DNA of 64,000 nt from Minisyncoccia bacterium (GCA_965662335.1 CBFIGQ010000047.1:13131-77130); one strand, 5' to 3'; shown: positions 10,864-21,002, numbered from the stretch's first letter. The notes: generated by a model not told the origin, from the sequence alone. A program made the numbers and translations.

Positions 10864-11624
10864 CTCATATGAATATATTTCAGCTTTTAAAAAAAATACG
10901 GTTCAGAATATGGATGTGGTTAAAACTTCTTTGTATTTTGCCTGACTATATTGCTTTTATACGTAAAGATAGTAAGAGGCATGCGCCGGTGAGTTTAATG
11001 ACGGTCTATCCACGTATTAGTGATAAAAGCGCAAAAACACCGTTTGAGAAGCAGTATATATACCATATCGGATGGGCAGCTCGGTGTATACAACAGATCG
11101 CTCCTAAAAAACATACCGACTTTGGTTCTTTGCTCCATTTTTCTGTCATCGTTTCCGCATTTGTTCCAGTTAATTTTTATGATTATCGACCTGCAGAAAT
11201 TTCACTTCCAAATCTTTCCTCAGAGTTTGGTAATTTAGTAGATATAAAAATTGCTGATAATTCACTCGAATCTGTATCGTGTATGCATACGATTGAGCAT
11301 ATTGGGTTAGGAAGATATGGAGATCCCATTGAGCCAGAAGGCGATCTACGCGCGCTCGGTGAGCTTAAGCGTATTGTTGCTCCAAACGGATCACTTCTGG
11401 TTGTAGTGCCAATGGGCAAGCAGCAGCATACTGAATTTAATGGACACCGGGTCTATGAATACAATACATTTGTTTCATACTTTGAAGGGTTTACACTTGA
11501 GGACTTTAGTTATATTCCACAAACTGATGATAGGGGTGGTATTATACTTCACACTGATGGAAGTATAGTAGGCAACGATACACTTGGCTGTGGATGTTTT
11601 TGGTTTAAGAAGCATGTTGCATAA
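10848..11624 (+). CDS. Methyltransferase-fold protein (DUF268-like)
   Basis: Motif CMHTIEHIGLGRYGDPIEPEGD resembles the DUF268 methyltransferase-like family; start uncertain (alternative Met at 10869). Confidence 0.45.
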   Translation: MDTYVTHMNIFQLLKKIRFRIWMWLKLLCILPDYIAFIRKDSKRHAPVSLMTVYPRISDKSAKTPFEKQYIYHIGWAARCIQQIAPKKHTDFGSLLHFSVIVSAFVPVNFYDYRPAEISLPNLSSEFGNLVDIKIADNSLESVSCMHTIEHIGLGRYGDPIEPEGDLRALGELKRIVAPNGSLLVVVPMGKQQHTEFNGHRVYEYNTFVSYFEGFTLEDFSYIPQTDDRGGIILHTDGSIVGNDTLGCGCFWFKKHVA

Positions 11625-11626
11625 CG

Positions 11627-12553
11627 ATGAATTCTCTTGTTTCAATAATTATTCCTGCATACAATGTTGCTCCCTATATAGCGCAGTGTCTTGAATCAGT
11701 CATTGCGCAGACATATCCGCACATTGAAATTATTGTTGTAGATGATGGGTCTACCGATGAAACCCACGCTATTGCACAAACGTATGCACAAAAAGATAGG
11801 CGCATCCGTATTGTGCAAAAACAAAATGGAGGACTTTCTTCAGCCCGCAATGCAGGACTTAAGGCTGCCACAGGGGATTACTTGGTGCTATTTGATTCAG
11901 ATGATTTGATGATACCTACAAAAATTGCACACCACATACAATGGCTTGAGGCGCATACGGAATACAGTTGTGTGTATTCTGACCTGATTCACTTTTATGA
12001 TAAAACCACAAAGATGTATAAGCTTTCGATTCCAACACTTGGTCAAGATCAGTATTTAACTCTTTTGCGTGGTAACTGTATTAATCCAAATACATTTTGT
12101 ATGAAGCGGGAAGTATACGAGGCAGTTGGTGGATTTGATGAGTCAATTCGAAGTGCAGAAGATTGGGAGTATTGGCTGCGAGTCACCCGAGAAGGAATGC
12201 AAATCGGCTATCAAGCAGACTATTTGACGCTCTATCGTATGCGCGCAGATAGTCTTTCAGCAGATCGAGTAACGATGTGTATGACGGCACTACAGGTATT
12301 ACAAAAACAGGAACAGGATATAGTGCCCAAGTATAGCGATGCATTGCACTCAGAAATTGTATTATGGAAACATAAACTCACACTTGCACACATGAAGAAA
12401 GAAGTTGAAAATTCTCGGGGGTTGCAGAGATTGTGGTATATGATGCTTGCCTATATCATACAGTTGGGACGTACGATGAAATTATGGTGGCGTTTGAAGC
12501 CATATACAAACGAATCATTCAAACATCTTCTCATTTCCTATGGAACTAAATAA
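11627..12553 (+). CDS. Glycosyltransferase family 2
   Basis: IIIPAYNVAPYIAQCLESVIAQTY...VVDDGSTDET N-terminal GT-A signature. Confidence 0.8.
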   Translation: MNSLVSIIIPAYNVAPYIAQCLESVIAQTYPHIEIIVVDDGSTDETHAIAQTYAQKDRRIRIVQKQNGGLSSARNAGLKAATGDYLVLFDSDDLMIPTKIAHHIQWLEAHTEYSCVYSDLIHFYDKTTKMYKLSIPTLGQDQYLTLLRGNCINPNTFCMKREVYEAVGGFDESIRSAEDWEYWLRVTREGMQIGYQADYLTLYRMRADSLSADRVTMCMTALQVLQKQEQDIVPKYSDALHSEIVLWKHKLTLAHMKKEVENSRGLQRLWYMMLAYIIQLGRTMKLWWRLKPYTNESFKHLLISYGTK

Positions 12554-13379
12554 ATCTATTATTAGTATCATTCTTCCTGTCTACAACGGTGCGCATACGC
12601 TTAAGTGGTGTATAGAAAGTGTACTCGCGCAGACCCACCAGGAGTGGGAACTTATTGTAGTAGATGATGGTTCTACTGATAATACTAAATCAATCGTCGC
12701 TCAGTATGTAGCTCATGATTCGAGAATCATATATATCAAAAATGAGCATAATCTCGGTATACAAAAAACACTCAATCGAGGTCTCAAAGAGGTAAAAGGT
12801 AAGTACATTGCACGTATAGATGCAGATGATGTATGGAGTGATCCCGATAAACTTAGTACACAGGTCTCATTTCTTGAGGCTAATACAGAATATGTACTTG
12901 TTGGTACAGGCGCGCGGCTTGTCTCGACTGAACATACAGAATTGAATCACTATCTTTTACCACAAGATGATGTAGTGATACGCGCAAGAATGCTTGCTAA
13001 AAATTGTTTTGTACATTCATCAGTGCTTATGAGGAGTGTAATTGTGCAAGATGTGGGAGGATATAGCGAGTCTGTTATTTCACGACATGTTGAGGATCAT
13101 GAGCTCTGGTTACGGCTTGGAGAAAAGGGTAAACTCAAAAATCTCCCGTTATATGGAGTTGATCTCATGGTTTCTGATACGAGCATTACTGCAAAGTATC
13201 GCGTCCTTCAAGCAAAGCGAATGCTCAAACTTGGATGGCAGTATAGAAAAAAATACCCAAATGCATTTCTTGGAATAGTTATTGGTATAATAAGACTTGT
13301 ATTCTTTGCTGTTGTATCGATGATGCCACTATCTAAAAAGGGTATTTATTTCATCCAAAGTATTGTACGCAGATCTTAG
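12540..13379 (+). CDS. Glycosyltransferase family 2
   Basis: ISIILPVYNGAHTLKWCIESVLAQTH...VVDDGSTDNT GT-A signature; C-terminal TM helix. Confidence 0.8.
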   Translation: MELNKSIISIILPVYNGAHTLKWCIESVLAQTHQEWELIVVDDGSTDNTKSIVAQYVAHDSRIIYIKNEHNLGIQKTLNRGLKEVKGKYIARIDADDVWSDPDKLSTQVSFLEANTEYVLVGTGARLVSTEHTELNHYLLPQDDVVIRARMLAKNCFVHSSVLMRSVIVQDVGGYSESVISRHVEDHELWLRLGEKGKLKNLPLYGVDLMVSDTSITAKYRVLQAKRMLKLGWQYRKKYPNAFLGIVIGIIRLVFFAVVSMMPLSKKGIYFIQSIVRRS

Positions 13380-14695
13380 TGTCTGATGATCGAAAGGATG
13401 TCCTCCTTTAGATGTCTGATACTGAGTGTAAACCGAAGTGCGGGGATTGTACGGCAGACGATTACCATATATACATTTGAAATGAGTTGCGAAAGTGTGT
13501 ATGAAAGTGCGGCACCATACATATGATAGTGAGGTATAAGTATGAGTGAGAGAATGACATTTGATACTGCGCCGATAGCAATAAATCGAAGCGTCAGTTT
13601 TTGTTTCCCATACGCAAGGAGTGCATTTGAAAGAAAAATGCTTGGAATAGTAACAAGGGTGCCAATAGAAATAATTTGAAGAAGTGGAATCGCCTGTATA
13701 TATCCATTTCCAAACAAGACAGTGATAATGTATTTTGCACCAACGATAGTGACAAAGATAACAGGAACCATCAGTGCAAGTGTTGCAGTAACTGTTCTTC
13801 CAAGGGCTTTTACAAATGTCTCGTCATGAGTGTGTGCATTTCGAGACAAAAGAGGAAGCAGTGCTGTTGCTAATAGTCCTGGAATAAGCCAAACCAACTG
13901 AACTGGCTTTTGTGCCGCCGCGTACAATCCAACTTGCCCGCTATCGGTAAACCATCCTAAAAGAAGAGTATCGATACTCGAAAGAATAGTACCAAACATT
14001 GCAACAATACCGATTGGCCATGCTTCACGCATAATAGTGCGCAATAGCACGTGATCGTTTTGTAGGCGCAGTGCTTTGATATACGGACGCATCGTGAAGT
14101 AGAGAAAGATAAGTCCAACTATACCTGCGTAAATATATGCCTGAAGAAGTGCGGAAGCATTGGGAGTATGTCTAATAAGGAGAAATGCAATACCTGCGAT
14201 AAGTGCATTGGTGCAGAGTTTAATAAGAGCTTCGGTTTCCATTTGTTCATGTGCGCGATTTACCGCGTAGCCAAACTCTCGAATACTATCAATAAATAGA
14301 AGTACAGAAATGAGCGGAATAATAATGGCAATTGCATTTGAATGCACGAAAAAGCTTACAGTATAAAGTACAAGCGCGCTTATGAGTGAAAGTGTTGCTT
14401 TGAGGAAAAACGCCGCAGAAAGATAGCTATCAACTACTCCTGTCTTTCTAGCAACTTCACGCTGGAGCACTGCGTTTATTCCAATATCAGAAAAAATAGA
14501 AAATACCCCAATGAGTGCAAGTCCATATGAAAAAACGCCCCACTCATTTGTCCCGAGCATGCGCGCACCATAGCCAAATATTCCGAGTTTCAGAAGTTTT
14601 GAACCCAATTCTCCCACAAAAAGCCAAAACGTGTTTTTTGCAACTGTTTGTTTTGCAGATCTATTTGTAAAAAGAAATTGTTTAAAGCGCTGCAT
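13376..14695 (-). CDS. Wzx-type polysaccharide flippase (MOP superfamily)
   Basis: 439 aa, about 12 TM helices, N-terminal region typical of polysaccharide biosynthesis/Wzx proteins. Confidence 0.7.
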   Translation of the reverse strand: MQRFKQFLFTNRSAKQTVAKNTFWLFVGELGSKLLKLGIFGYGARMLGTNEWGVFSYGLALIGVFSIFSDIGINAVLQREVARKTGVVDSYLSAAFFLKATLSLISALVLYTVSFFVHSNAIAIIIPLISVLLFIDSIREFGYAVNRAHEQMETEALIKLCTNALIAGIAFLLIRHTPNASALLQAYIYAGIVGLIFLYFTMRPYIKALRLQNDHVLLRTIMREAWPIGIVAMFGTILSSIDTLLLGWFTDSGQVGLYAAAQKPVQLVWLIPGLLATALLPLLSRNAHTHDETFVKALGRTVTATLALMVPVIFVTIVGAKYIITVLFGNGYIQAIPLLQIISIGTLVTIPSIFLSNALLAYGKQKLTLRFIAIGAVSNVILSLILIPHYHMYGAALSYTLSQLISNVYMVIVCRTIPALRFTLSIRHLKEDILSIIRH

Positions 14696-14697
14696 AG

Positions 14698-16026
14698 CTA
14701 ATGCGTAAAAATAATCTGGAGTGTCTTAAGTATAATCCCGATATCGAGAAGGGGGGAGCGGTTTTTGAGGTAGTAGAGATCGTATTCAAATTTCTCACGC
14801 GAATCCTCAACTGAACGAGCATACCGGTACTTGATCTGTGCCCAGCCGGTAAAGCCGGGTTTGATGGTGTGGCGGAGGTAGTAGTAGGGGATCTGTTGTT
14901 CGAGCTGCGCAACAAACTCCGGGCGTTCGGCGCGGGGTCCGATGATTGCGAGATCTCCCTTGATGATATTAAGCATCTGAGGCACTTCGTCGAGGTGGGT
15001 TTTACGAAGAATATTGCCAACGGGAGTGACGCGCGGATCCCGTGCATCAGCCCAGAGTGCGCCCGCGGTTTCAGCATTTCTGCGCATAGAGCGAAGTTTG
15101 TACATGCGAAACACCTTTCCATTTTTTCCAACACGCTCTTGAGAATACACTACTGGCCCGCCATCTTCTACCCATTTCGCCACACTGGCGATGAGCAAAA
15201 AAGGCGAACAGGCGATAAGGACAAGTGAGGCGGCAAGTATTTCAAAGAGACGGCCGAGTCCAGAAAGCGCAGAAGTGGTATGCTCGGTGAGATAGGAGAG
15301 TGCTCGCTCGTCTGTCATGAGCTCTACGGGGATTTTGGTGAGAATACTTTCGTACGCCTCAAAGAGTGAGAGTGGTTGTGCGCCGCATGCTCGCGCATAC
15401 GCAATGAGGCTCTGCGGGTCAACCCCCTCAGAAATAACCACATCTGCCCGTACGGTTGTACTCGCGATAGTCGGAAGATGCGCAACTATGGTGCCAATGT
15501 TGGGATTGTGGGAGAGTTCGTTACTAAGCTCGGTGAGGTGTTTGCTCTGCCCGATGAGTAATACACTGCGTACAAAACGTTTCGTAAAGAGTAGATAGGC
15601 AAGACGACGCCAGAGTACTATGAGAAGCGTAGAGCATCCAGCGACGATGAGCAGGTTGGTCTTGGGACTGATACCTGCACTCGATGAGAGATAAAAGAAG
15701 ACAACACCAAGGAGAGTGTTGGTCGCCATAGCAGCTATGATGAGTCCAATATTTCGAGGGTTGGGATTGATGCGACGTGCAGTGTATAGATCAAAGATAA
15801 AAAAGACTATACACCACAGGGCAAAGAGCCAAACAAAGAGCACAAACTGATGAGAAGTCTTGGAGAGAAAGGTTGAAAACCGAATAGCGCTCATGAGGTA
15901 AAAGGCGCCGATACATGCTGCCATATCTCCGATGATGAGCACGAGTTTTTGGTTCGAAAACATGACCGTACTATATAATATATTTTTATTTTGTACAGTA
16001 CTCACGGGGGCGTGTTTTGAGTACAC
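14698..16026 (-). CDS. Polyprenyl-phosphate hexose-1-phosphate transferase (bacterial sugar transferase family, WbaP/CpsE-like)
   Basis: C-terminal catalytic motifs IIGPRAERPEF and KPGFTGWAQI with N-terminal TM block. Confidence 0.8.
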   Translation of the reverse strand: MYSKHAPVSTVQNKNILYSTVMFSNQKLVLIIGDMAACIGAFYLMSAIRFSTFLSKTSHQFVLFVWLFALWCIVFFIFDLYTARRINPNPRNIGLIIAAMATNTLLGVVFFYLSSSAGISPKTNLLIVAGCSTLLIVLWRRLAYLLFTKRFVRSVLLIGQSKHLTELSNELSHNPNIGTIVAHLPTIASTTVRADVVISEGVDPQSLIAYARACGAQPLSLFEAYESILTKIPVELMTDERALSYLTEHTTSALSGLGRLFEILAASLVLIACSPFLLIASVAKWVEDGGPVVYSQERVGKNGKVFRMYKLRSMRRNAETAGALWADARDPRVTPVGNILRKTHLDEVPQMLNIIKGDLAIIGPRAERPEFVAQLEQQIPYYYLRHTIKPGFTGWAQIKYRYARSVEDSREKFEYDLYYLKNRSPLLDIGIILKTLQIIFTH

Positions 16027-16054
16027 TAGAGGGGTACAAACGAGAGTTAATACT

Positions 16055-16579
16055 ATGAATCAAGACACAAACACAGAACACAAGAACGGAAAGACTGGCC
16101 GAATTATTGCCGTAGTGGTAGCAGTGCTCGTTATTGGAGCGCTCGTCGTAGGGAGTGCGCAGCGTAAAAAGAATGCCGCTCCAACACCTGAGGCAGCAGA
16201 AGGCTGTAAGCCAGGCTATCTCTTTAGTGAGGTTACCGGCAAGCCATGTCCAGCTACCACTGAGCCGCTCAGTGTAGAAGGCGAGAAAGCAACTACAGAG
16301 GCAAGTGGATATGAGGCAGCAGTCGCCCAGTATGCAGGCAAACTCATCGTCGTAGATAGCGCCTGTGTCGCAACACCAAACGCTCTCACTGTAGGAGCAA
16401 ATACGCGCATTCTCATTGGTAACAATAGTAGCCAAGCGCAGACCCTCGCACTCGGTGACCGGTCAGAGACACTCGACGGGTATCACTACTTCACCTACTC
16501 ACTCAAGTCAGGGGGCGAGATGAAGCTCTCTTGTAATGGAGCCGACGTGGCAACGATCACAGTTACTGAAGCAAAATAG
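16055..16579 (+). CDS. Membrane-anchored hypothetical protein
   Basis: Start at MNQDTNTEHK; single N-terminal TM helix; no recognisable domain. Confidence 0.4.
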   Translation: MNQDTNTEHKNGKTGRIIAVVVAVLVIGALVVGSAQRKKNAAPTPEAAEGCKPGYLFSEVTGKPCPATTEPLSVEGEKATTEASGYEAAVAQYAGKLIVVDSACVATPNALTVGANTRILIGNNSSQAQTLALGDRSETLDGYHYFTYSLKSGGEMKLSCNGADVATITVTEAK

Positions 16580-16584
16580 TACAC

Positions 16585-16612
16585 AAAACTCCCCAATAGC
16601 GGGGAGTTTTTG
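16585..16612 (+). terminator. Intrinsic terminator
   Basis: aaaactcccc-aatagc-ggggagttttt. Confidence 0.8.
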
Positions 16613-16882
16613 TATACTATAGGTATGGAAAATAAAACACTTTGGTTTCGTGCAAAGCGCTATGGGTATGGCTGGTACCCGGTGACCTGGCAGGGATGGG
16701 CGATTATAGCGCTCTACGTTGTGGGGCTACTTGGCTCTGTGTATACATTCAACCCTTCATTTGAGCATCAAGATACGGTACCGGTGGGGTTTTTAGTACA
16801 AGTAGTCGTGCTCACTATATTTCTCATCAGTATCTGTGCCGCAAAAGGCGAGAAGGCAAAGTGGAGATGGGGAGGGAAGTAA
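16610..16882 (+). CDS. Small membrane protein (hypothetical)
   Basis: Two predicted TM helices, no domain. Confidence 0.3.
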   Translation: MYTIGMENKTLWFRAKRYGYGWYPVTWQGWAIIALYVVGLLGSVYTFNPSFEHQDTVPVGFLVQVVVLTIFLISICAAKGEKAKWRWGGK

Positions 16883-16899
16883 AAATCCCGCATGTATAT

Positions 16900-17421
16900 T
16901 TATACAAAACGGGATTTGAATGCCTTAGATTCATTTAATAACTTTACCCAGCCACCTAATTCCCAGGCGAGTGATTGAATGCTTGGAAGCGTAAATGATC
17001 GTACCTTTTTTATCTGGTACTCTGGTGCAACGAGTTTCCATATCTGAGAGACCCGAAGCATATGTAACCATGAGGTGATAACGGTAACCTGAGTTGCGCC
17101 AAAGTTTCGCAGCTCTTCTACTATGGCCATGGTTTCAAACAGTGTGCGCCATGCATCTCTTTTCGCAAGTACAATTTGAACATTCAAAATACCATGACGA
17201 CGAAACTCAAACTCGAGATGTGCTCTCATGACATGTTTAAGCATTGGGTTTGCTGGTATATCAGTTCGAATACCTGCCCCTAGTAAAAGAATAATTTCTT
17301 TATCAGGGTGCTTGAGTGCGTACTTAATGAATCGAGCACAGCGCCGTTTTGTCTCAGGTCCGCATTCTGTACCATTTTTTTCTGAGTCGCCCGCATATAG
17401 GGCTATGTATTCTTTTTCCAA
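16900..17421 (-). CDS. DUF218/YdcF-like protein
   Basis: Rossmann-like DUF218 pattern (ILLLGAGI ... VTVITSWLHMLR). Confidence 0.55.
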   Translation of the reverse strand: MEKEYIALYAGDSEKNGTECGPETKRRCARFIKYALKHPDKEIILLLGAGIRTDIPANPMLKHVMRAHLEFEFRRHGILNVQIVLAKRDAWRTLFETMAIVEELRNFGATQVTVITSWLHMLRVSQIWKLVAPEYQIKKVRSFTLPSIQSLAWELGGWVKLLNESKAFKSRFV

Positions 17422-17482
17422 ATGACAAAGTTTTAGTTAAAAGGAAATTACAATATTTATTATATATTGTCAATATACTTAG

Positions 17483-17510
17483 TTGACCATACACAAAAAC
17501 CTGCTATAGT
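17483..17510 (+). promoter_or_regulatory. Sigma70-type promoter for rplJ-rplL
   Basis: TTGACC, 16-nt spacer, TATAGT with AT-rich upstream region. Confidence 0.6.
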
Positions 17511-17632
17511 ATCCCTTGTGTAGATCAAAGACAGTGGGTGGCTCGAAAGAGTCTTAATATCCTGCCGAGGTCGAAGACTCCGAGACTACACCCGCTTTTG
17601 AGCGGTATTTATATTGTTCACTTACAAATCGT
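17511..17632 (+). promoter_or_regulatory. Putative L10 (rplJ) leader / autoregulatory RNA element
   Basis: About 120-nt structured 5' UTR between promoter and rplJ start, in the position of the L10 leader; not checked against a model. Confidence 0.4.
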
Positions 17633-18118
17633 ATGGCAATTACAAAAGACAAAAAGCAATCAATTGTTGCTGCGTTTACTGACATGCTCAAAGACGCGCA
17701 GTCTGTTGCCTTTGTACAATTCAAGGGACTTACGGTAAAAGAAGCTATCGAGCTCCGCCGCAAACTCCGCGCTGAAGGTGTCTCCTATAAAGTAGGAAAA
17801 AAGACCCTCATCAAGCGCGTGCTTGCAGATATGGGCATCGAAGGCGAACTTCCAGCTCTTGAAGGAGAAATTGCAGTAGCAGCAAGTACCGACGCACTCG
17901 CGCCGGCACGAGGTGTGTACGAATTTCAAAAGACTCACAAAGATCAAGTGTCGCTCGTCGGCGGTATCTTTGAGGGTGTATACAAGGACCAGGCTATGAT
18001 GCTCTCTCTTGCAACGATTCCTCCTCGCGAAGTGCTCCTTGCACAGATTGCATTCCTCCTCAAGAGTCCAATGCAGCGCTTGGCAATCGCCGTAAACGAA
18101 GTAGCAAAGCAGAAATAA
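17633..18118 (+). CDS. rplJ: 50S ribosomal protein L10
   Basis: Clear homology to uL10 (MAITKDKKQSIVAAFTDMLKDAQSVAFVQFKGLTVKEAIELRRKLR). Confidence 0.9.
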   Translation: MAITKDKKQSIVAAFTDMLKDAQSVAFVQFKGLTVKEAIELRRKLRAEGVSYKVGKKTLIKRVLADMGIEGELPALEGEIAVAASTDALAPARGVYEFQKTHKDQVSLVGGIFEGVYKDQAMMLSLATIPPREVLLAQIAFLLKSPMQRLAIAVNEVAKQK

Positions 18119-18155
18119 TAGAACGCATAATTATTAACGTAGATAGATTACATAT

Positions 18156-18527
18156 ATGGCAAAATTTGATTCATTTCTCACCGAGCTCGAAGGAGCATCA
18201 GTGATTGAACTCAACGATCTCGTAAAGGCGATCGAAGAAAAGTTTGGCGTATCTGCAGCAGCAGTCGCAGCAGCTCCAGCAGCTGGTGTGGGAGCAGCAG
18301 GTGGTGCCGAAGAAAAGGACGCATTTTCTGTAGTACTTGCAGATGCAGGAGAGCAGAAGATTGCAGTGATGAAGGTAGTAAAGGAAGCACTTGGACTTGG
18401 TCTTAAGGAAGCAAAGGACCTCGTAGACGGTGCTCCAGCAACCCTCAAGGACGGCATGAAGAAAGAAGAAGCAGAAGCCCTCAAGAAGCAAATTGAGGAA
18501 GCAGGCGGAAAGGTAGAACTCAAATAA
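18156..18527 (+). CDS. rplL: 50S ribosomal protein L7/L12
   Basis: N-terminal dimerisation domain, Ala/Gly-rich hinge, C-terminal domain [11 protein letters not shown]...KVELK. Confidence 0.95.
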   Translation: MAKFDSFLTELEGASVIELNDLVKAIEEKFGVSAAAVAAAPAAGVGAAGGAEEKDAFSVVLADAGEQKIAVMKVVKEALGLGLKEAKDLVDGAPATLKDGMKKEEAEALKKQIEEAGGKVELK

Positions 18528-18540
18528 GCTTTACCACCAA

Positions 18541-18568
18541 AAAACACCCTGAAATACGGGTGTTTTTT
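18541..18568 (+). terminator. Intrinsic terminator after rplL
   Basis: acaccctgaaatacgggtgttttttgg. Confidence 0.85.
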
Positions 18569-18661
18569 GGTTTTCCACAGGCACATTGACAAAAACAGTA
18601 TTTTGGTATATAATACAATCAGAATTCTAACAAATCCTTCTTTAATAAAAACTTCATTAAC

Positions 18662-19441
18662 ATGAAAAAATTGCTCGCGTTACTGACGCTCCTCGTAAGT
18701 ATTGTATTGTATTCCTGTACACAGGAACATCCCTGTGCAGACAATCCGACTATTATCGCCATCGATAGTACGACGATGTTTGCATCAAATGACATATCAA
18801 ACCCTAACAATGATCCCTGGCAAAACAACCTTAGTATCACCTACAAAAATCCAAATGCGCCCAATGCGCAGTTCCGGATCTATGAGGTAGTAAAGATTGG
18901 GAATGATATTACAGAAGTATTCCTTGGTTCGGTTGCAGCACCAACAACAGGTAGCGGTACTGGCCAGATAGTATTACCCTTTAGTACAGCCAATCAATAT
19001 TATGTACTAAAGATTTACGGGTATGGACAATACGGTAACACTACCTGTGGCGGACCTACTGTTTTTCAGATTTGCCCGCCAAATCCTACCGTAGTGGGTG
19101 GTGTGGTTGCGTTTCTTGTACAGATTCCAACCGGCGAGTATGTGTATGATTTTCAGTTCACCTACAAAAATCCGACACGTTACAACAGTAACGATACGAC
19201 ACGTAGACCAAAACTGAAACTCTACGAAATAGTAAATGGTATAGAAGAGTTTCGTGGTGAAGCACTCGTGCCGTATACAGGTGATGGAGATGAAACGAGT
19301 TATGTTCAGTTGAGTGCAATACACATGAAGAATTCAACTTTTTCTGCCCGTATTGATTGTGCTACCGTTTCTTTTACCTGCGAGCCATCCCATTTGTTAT
19401 TTGAAGGAAGTCCGGCTGGTACCCGTGTGGAAAAGCCATAG
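18662..19441 (+). CDS. Secreted lipoprotein-like hypothetical protein with internal duplication
   Basis: Signal peptide ending LYSC; two related modules each containing TYKNP(N/T) ... (R/K)(I/L)YE(V/I)V. Confidence 0.5.
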   Translation: MKKLLALLTLLVSIVLYSCTQEHPCADNPTIIAIDSTTMFASNDISNPNNDPWQNNLSITYKNPNAPNAQFRIYEVVKIGNDITEVFLGSVAAPTTGSGTGQIVLPFSTANQYYVLKIYGYGQYGNTTCGGPTVFQICPPNPTVVGGVVAFLVQIPTGEYVYDFQFTYKNPTRYNSNDTTRRPKLKLYEIVNGIEEFRGEALVPYTGDGDETSYVQLSAIHMKNSTFSARIDCATVSFTCEPSHLLFEGSPAGTRVEKP

Positions 19442-19464
19442 GGCTAATACAAATTCTTTTTTAT

Positions 19465-19493
19465 GAGCCTCCCATTTTTGGGAGGCTTTTTTA
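19465..19493 (+). terminator. Intrinsic terminator
   Basis: gagcctccca-tttt-tgggaggc followed by T6. Confidence 0.85.
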
Positions 19494-19570
19494 TTGTTCC
19501 AACCCAAAAGTAGCTTGTACGCAAGGGGAAAGAAGCCGTATACTTTGCATACGTTCTCAGTGGAAAAGAT

Positions 19571-20212
19571 ATGGAAATTTTAGCAAAACTGCTCGGAGGT
19601 ATTCCGCGCGTTAAAATCATGCGTCTCTTTTTGCTCAATCCGAGCGAAGGATTCGAATCATCCGACGTGGTCGATCGGTGCCGTATTTCGTCAGGGCATG
19701 CACGTCGCGCACTCACACAGCTTGCTGGCATGGACTTTATCCACAAAAAGGCCTTTACTAAAGAAATCACCAATGGTCGCACGGGGAAAGTGACTAAAAA
19801 GCGCATCCAAGGGTGGTTTCTCGTCGAATCTTTTCCGTACATCAATGAACTCCGCCAACTGCTTGTAGAAGGAGAGTTTGTAAAGCATGAAGAGCTCGCA
19901 AAGCGCTTTCGTCCAGCAGGGCGCATCCAACTACTTGTCGTGTCAGGGATATTTATTCAAAACAGCGAAAGTCGTCTCGATCTGCTGCTTGTAGGGGACA
20001 ATCTCAAGAAAAATGTTATCCAAAAGACTATTTCAGTCCTTGAAAGTGAGCTTGGCAAGGAGTTATCCTACGCTGTCTTTGAGACTGCCGATTTTAAGTA
20101 CCGCGTGTCTATGTATGACAAGCTTTTGCGGGATGTCTTTGACTACCCGCACGAGCCGCTCATTGCCTCAAAGGAGTTTGCGATGTTCACACTCCCTTCT
20201 AAGGAGCGCTAG
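19571..20212 (+). CDS. Hypothetical protein with N-terminal winged-helix-like region
   Basis: No confident family; N-terminus HTH-like; C-terminal half has a weak nucleotidyltransferase-fold flavour (SGIFIQNSESRLDLLLVGD). Confidence 0.35.
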   Translation: MEILAKLLGGIPRVKIMRLFLLNPSEGFESSDVVDRCRISSGHARRALTQLAGMDFIHKKAFTKEITNGRTGKVTKKRIQGWFLVESFPYINELRQLLVEGEFVKHEELAKRFRPAGRIQLLVVSGIFIQNSESRLDLLLVGDNLKKNVIQKTISVLESELGKELSYAVFETADFKYRVSMYDKLLRDVFDYPHEPLIASKEFAMFTLPSKER

Positions 20213-20298
20213 TGCTATACTATAGGCATACTGTGCTGTGGGTACGTGCAGTTGCGATTACAAGGAAACCCTAACGCTATCGCGTTACATTCAATATT

Positions 20299-20991
20299 AT
20301 GCTTATACAATCATGGAGCCAGGTATTTTTGCTCTCGCTTCAGGGCTTGTGGTACGGCTTTATCGAGCTGTTCCCTCGAATACTTTTGGCAATCGTTATT
20401 TTCATTATCGGATGGATTGTCGCGGCAACCCTTGGCAAGCTTGTCATGATGGGAATCGACGCACTCAAGCTTGACCGTGCATTTCGTAACACTGGTGTGG
20501 ATGAAGCACTTGCTCGTGCAGGATGGAAAATCCATATCGGTGGAGTTATAGGCTGGCTTGTAAAGTGGTTTATCATTATTGTGTTCTTGGTTGCATCACT
20601 CAACATCTTGCACCTAGATCAAGTAACCGTATTCCTTCAGCAAGTACTCGCGTACATCCCGCAGGTTATCATTGCAGCGCTCGTACTTGTTGCAGGTACT
20701 GTGCTTGCAGACTTTGTTCGCAAGCTCATCACAGGAAGCGCTGCTGTAGCAAACGTTCGCTCAGCGAAAATGCTTGGATCTATCGCGTACTACGCTATCT
20801 GGATCCTTGCAGTAGTGACTGCACTCGACAAGCTCGGCATCTTTGGCTACTTTGGCCAGATCCTCTTTACTGGACTTGTAGTGATGATTTCGCTCGCATT
20901 CGGACTTGCATTTGGTCTTGGTGGAAAGGATGTTGCGGGACGATGGCTCGCTCGTCTCTCAGACGATATGTCTAGTCGTCGTCACGAATAG
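20299..20991 (+). CDS. Conserved TM-helix repeat membrane protein (MscS-related TM_helix family)
   Basis: Two repeated TM modules with (I/V)GWLVK.. / ..I..L..KLGIFG pattern. Confidence 0.45.
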   Translation: MLIQSWSQVFLLSLQGLWYGFIELFPRILLAIVIFIIGWIVAATLGKLVMMGIDALKLDRAFRNTGVDEALARAGWKIHIGGVIGWLVKWFIIIVFLVASLNILHLDQVTVFLQQVLAYIPQVIIAALVLVAGTVLADFVRKLITGSAAVANVRSAKMLGSIAYYAIWILAVVTALDKLGIFGYFGQILFTGLVVMISLAFGLAFGLGGKDVAGRWLARLSDDMSSRRHE

Positions 20992-21002
20992 ATATTGTTT
21001 TA

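Noticed and set aside
10848-10868. 16-nt overlap between the GT11 gene end and the methyltransferase start
   Set aside because: Not a frameshift or fusion: the frames differ and both proteins are complete. The downstream gene may start at the Met at 10869 instead.
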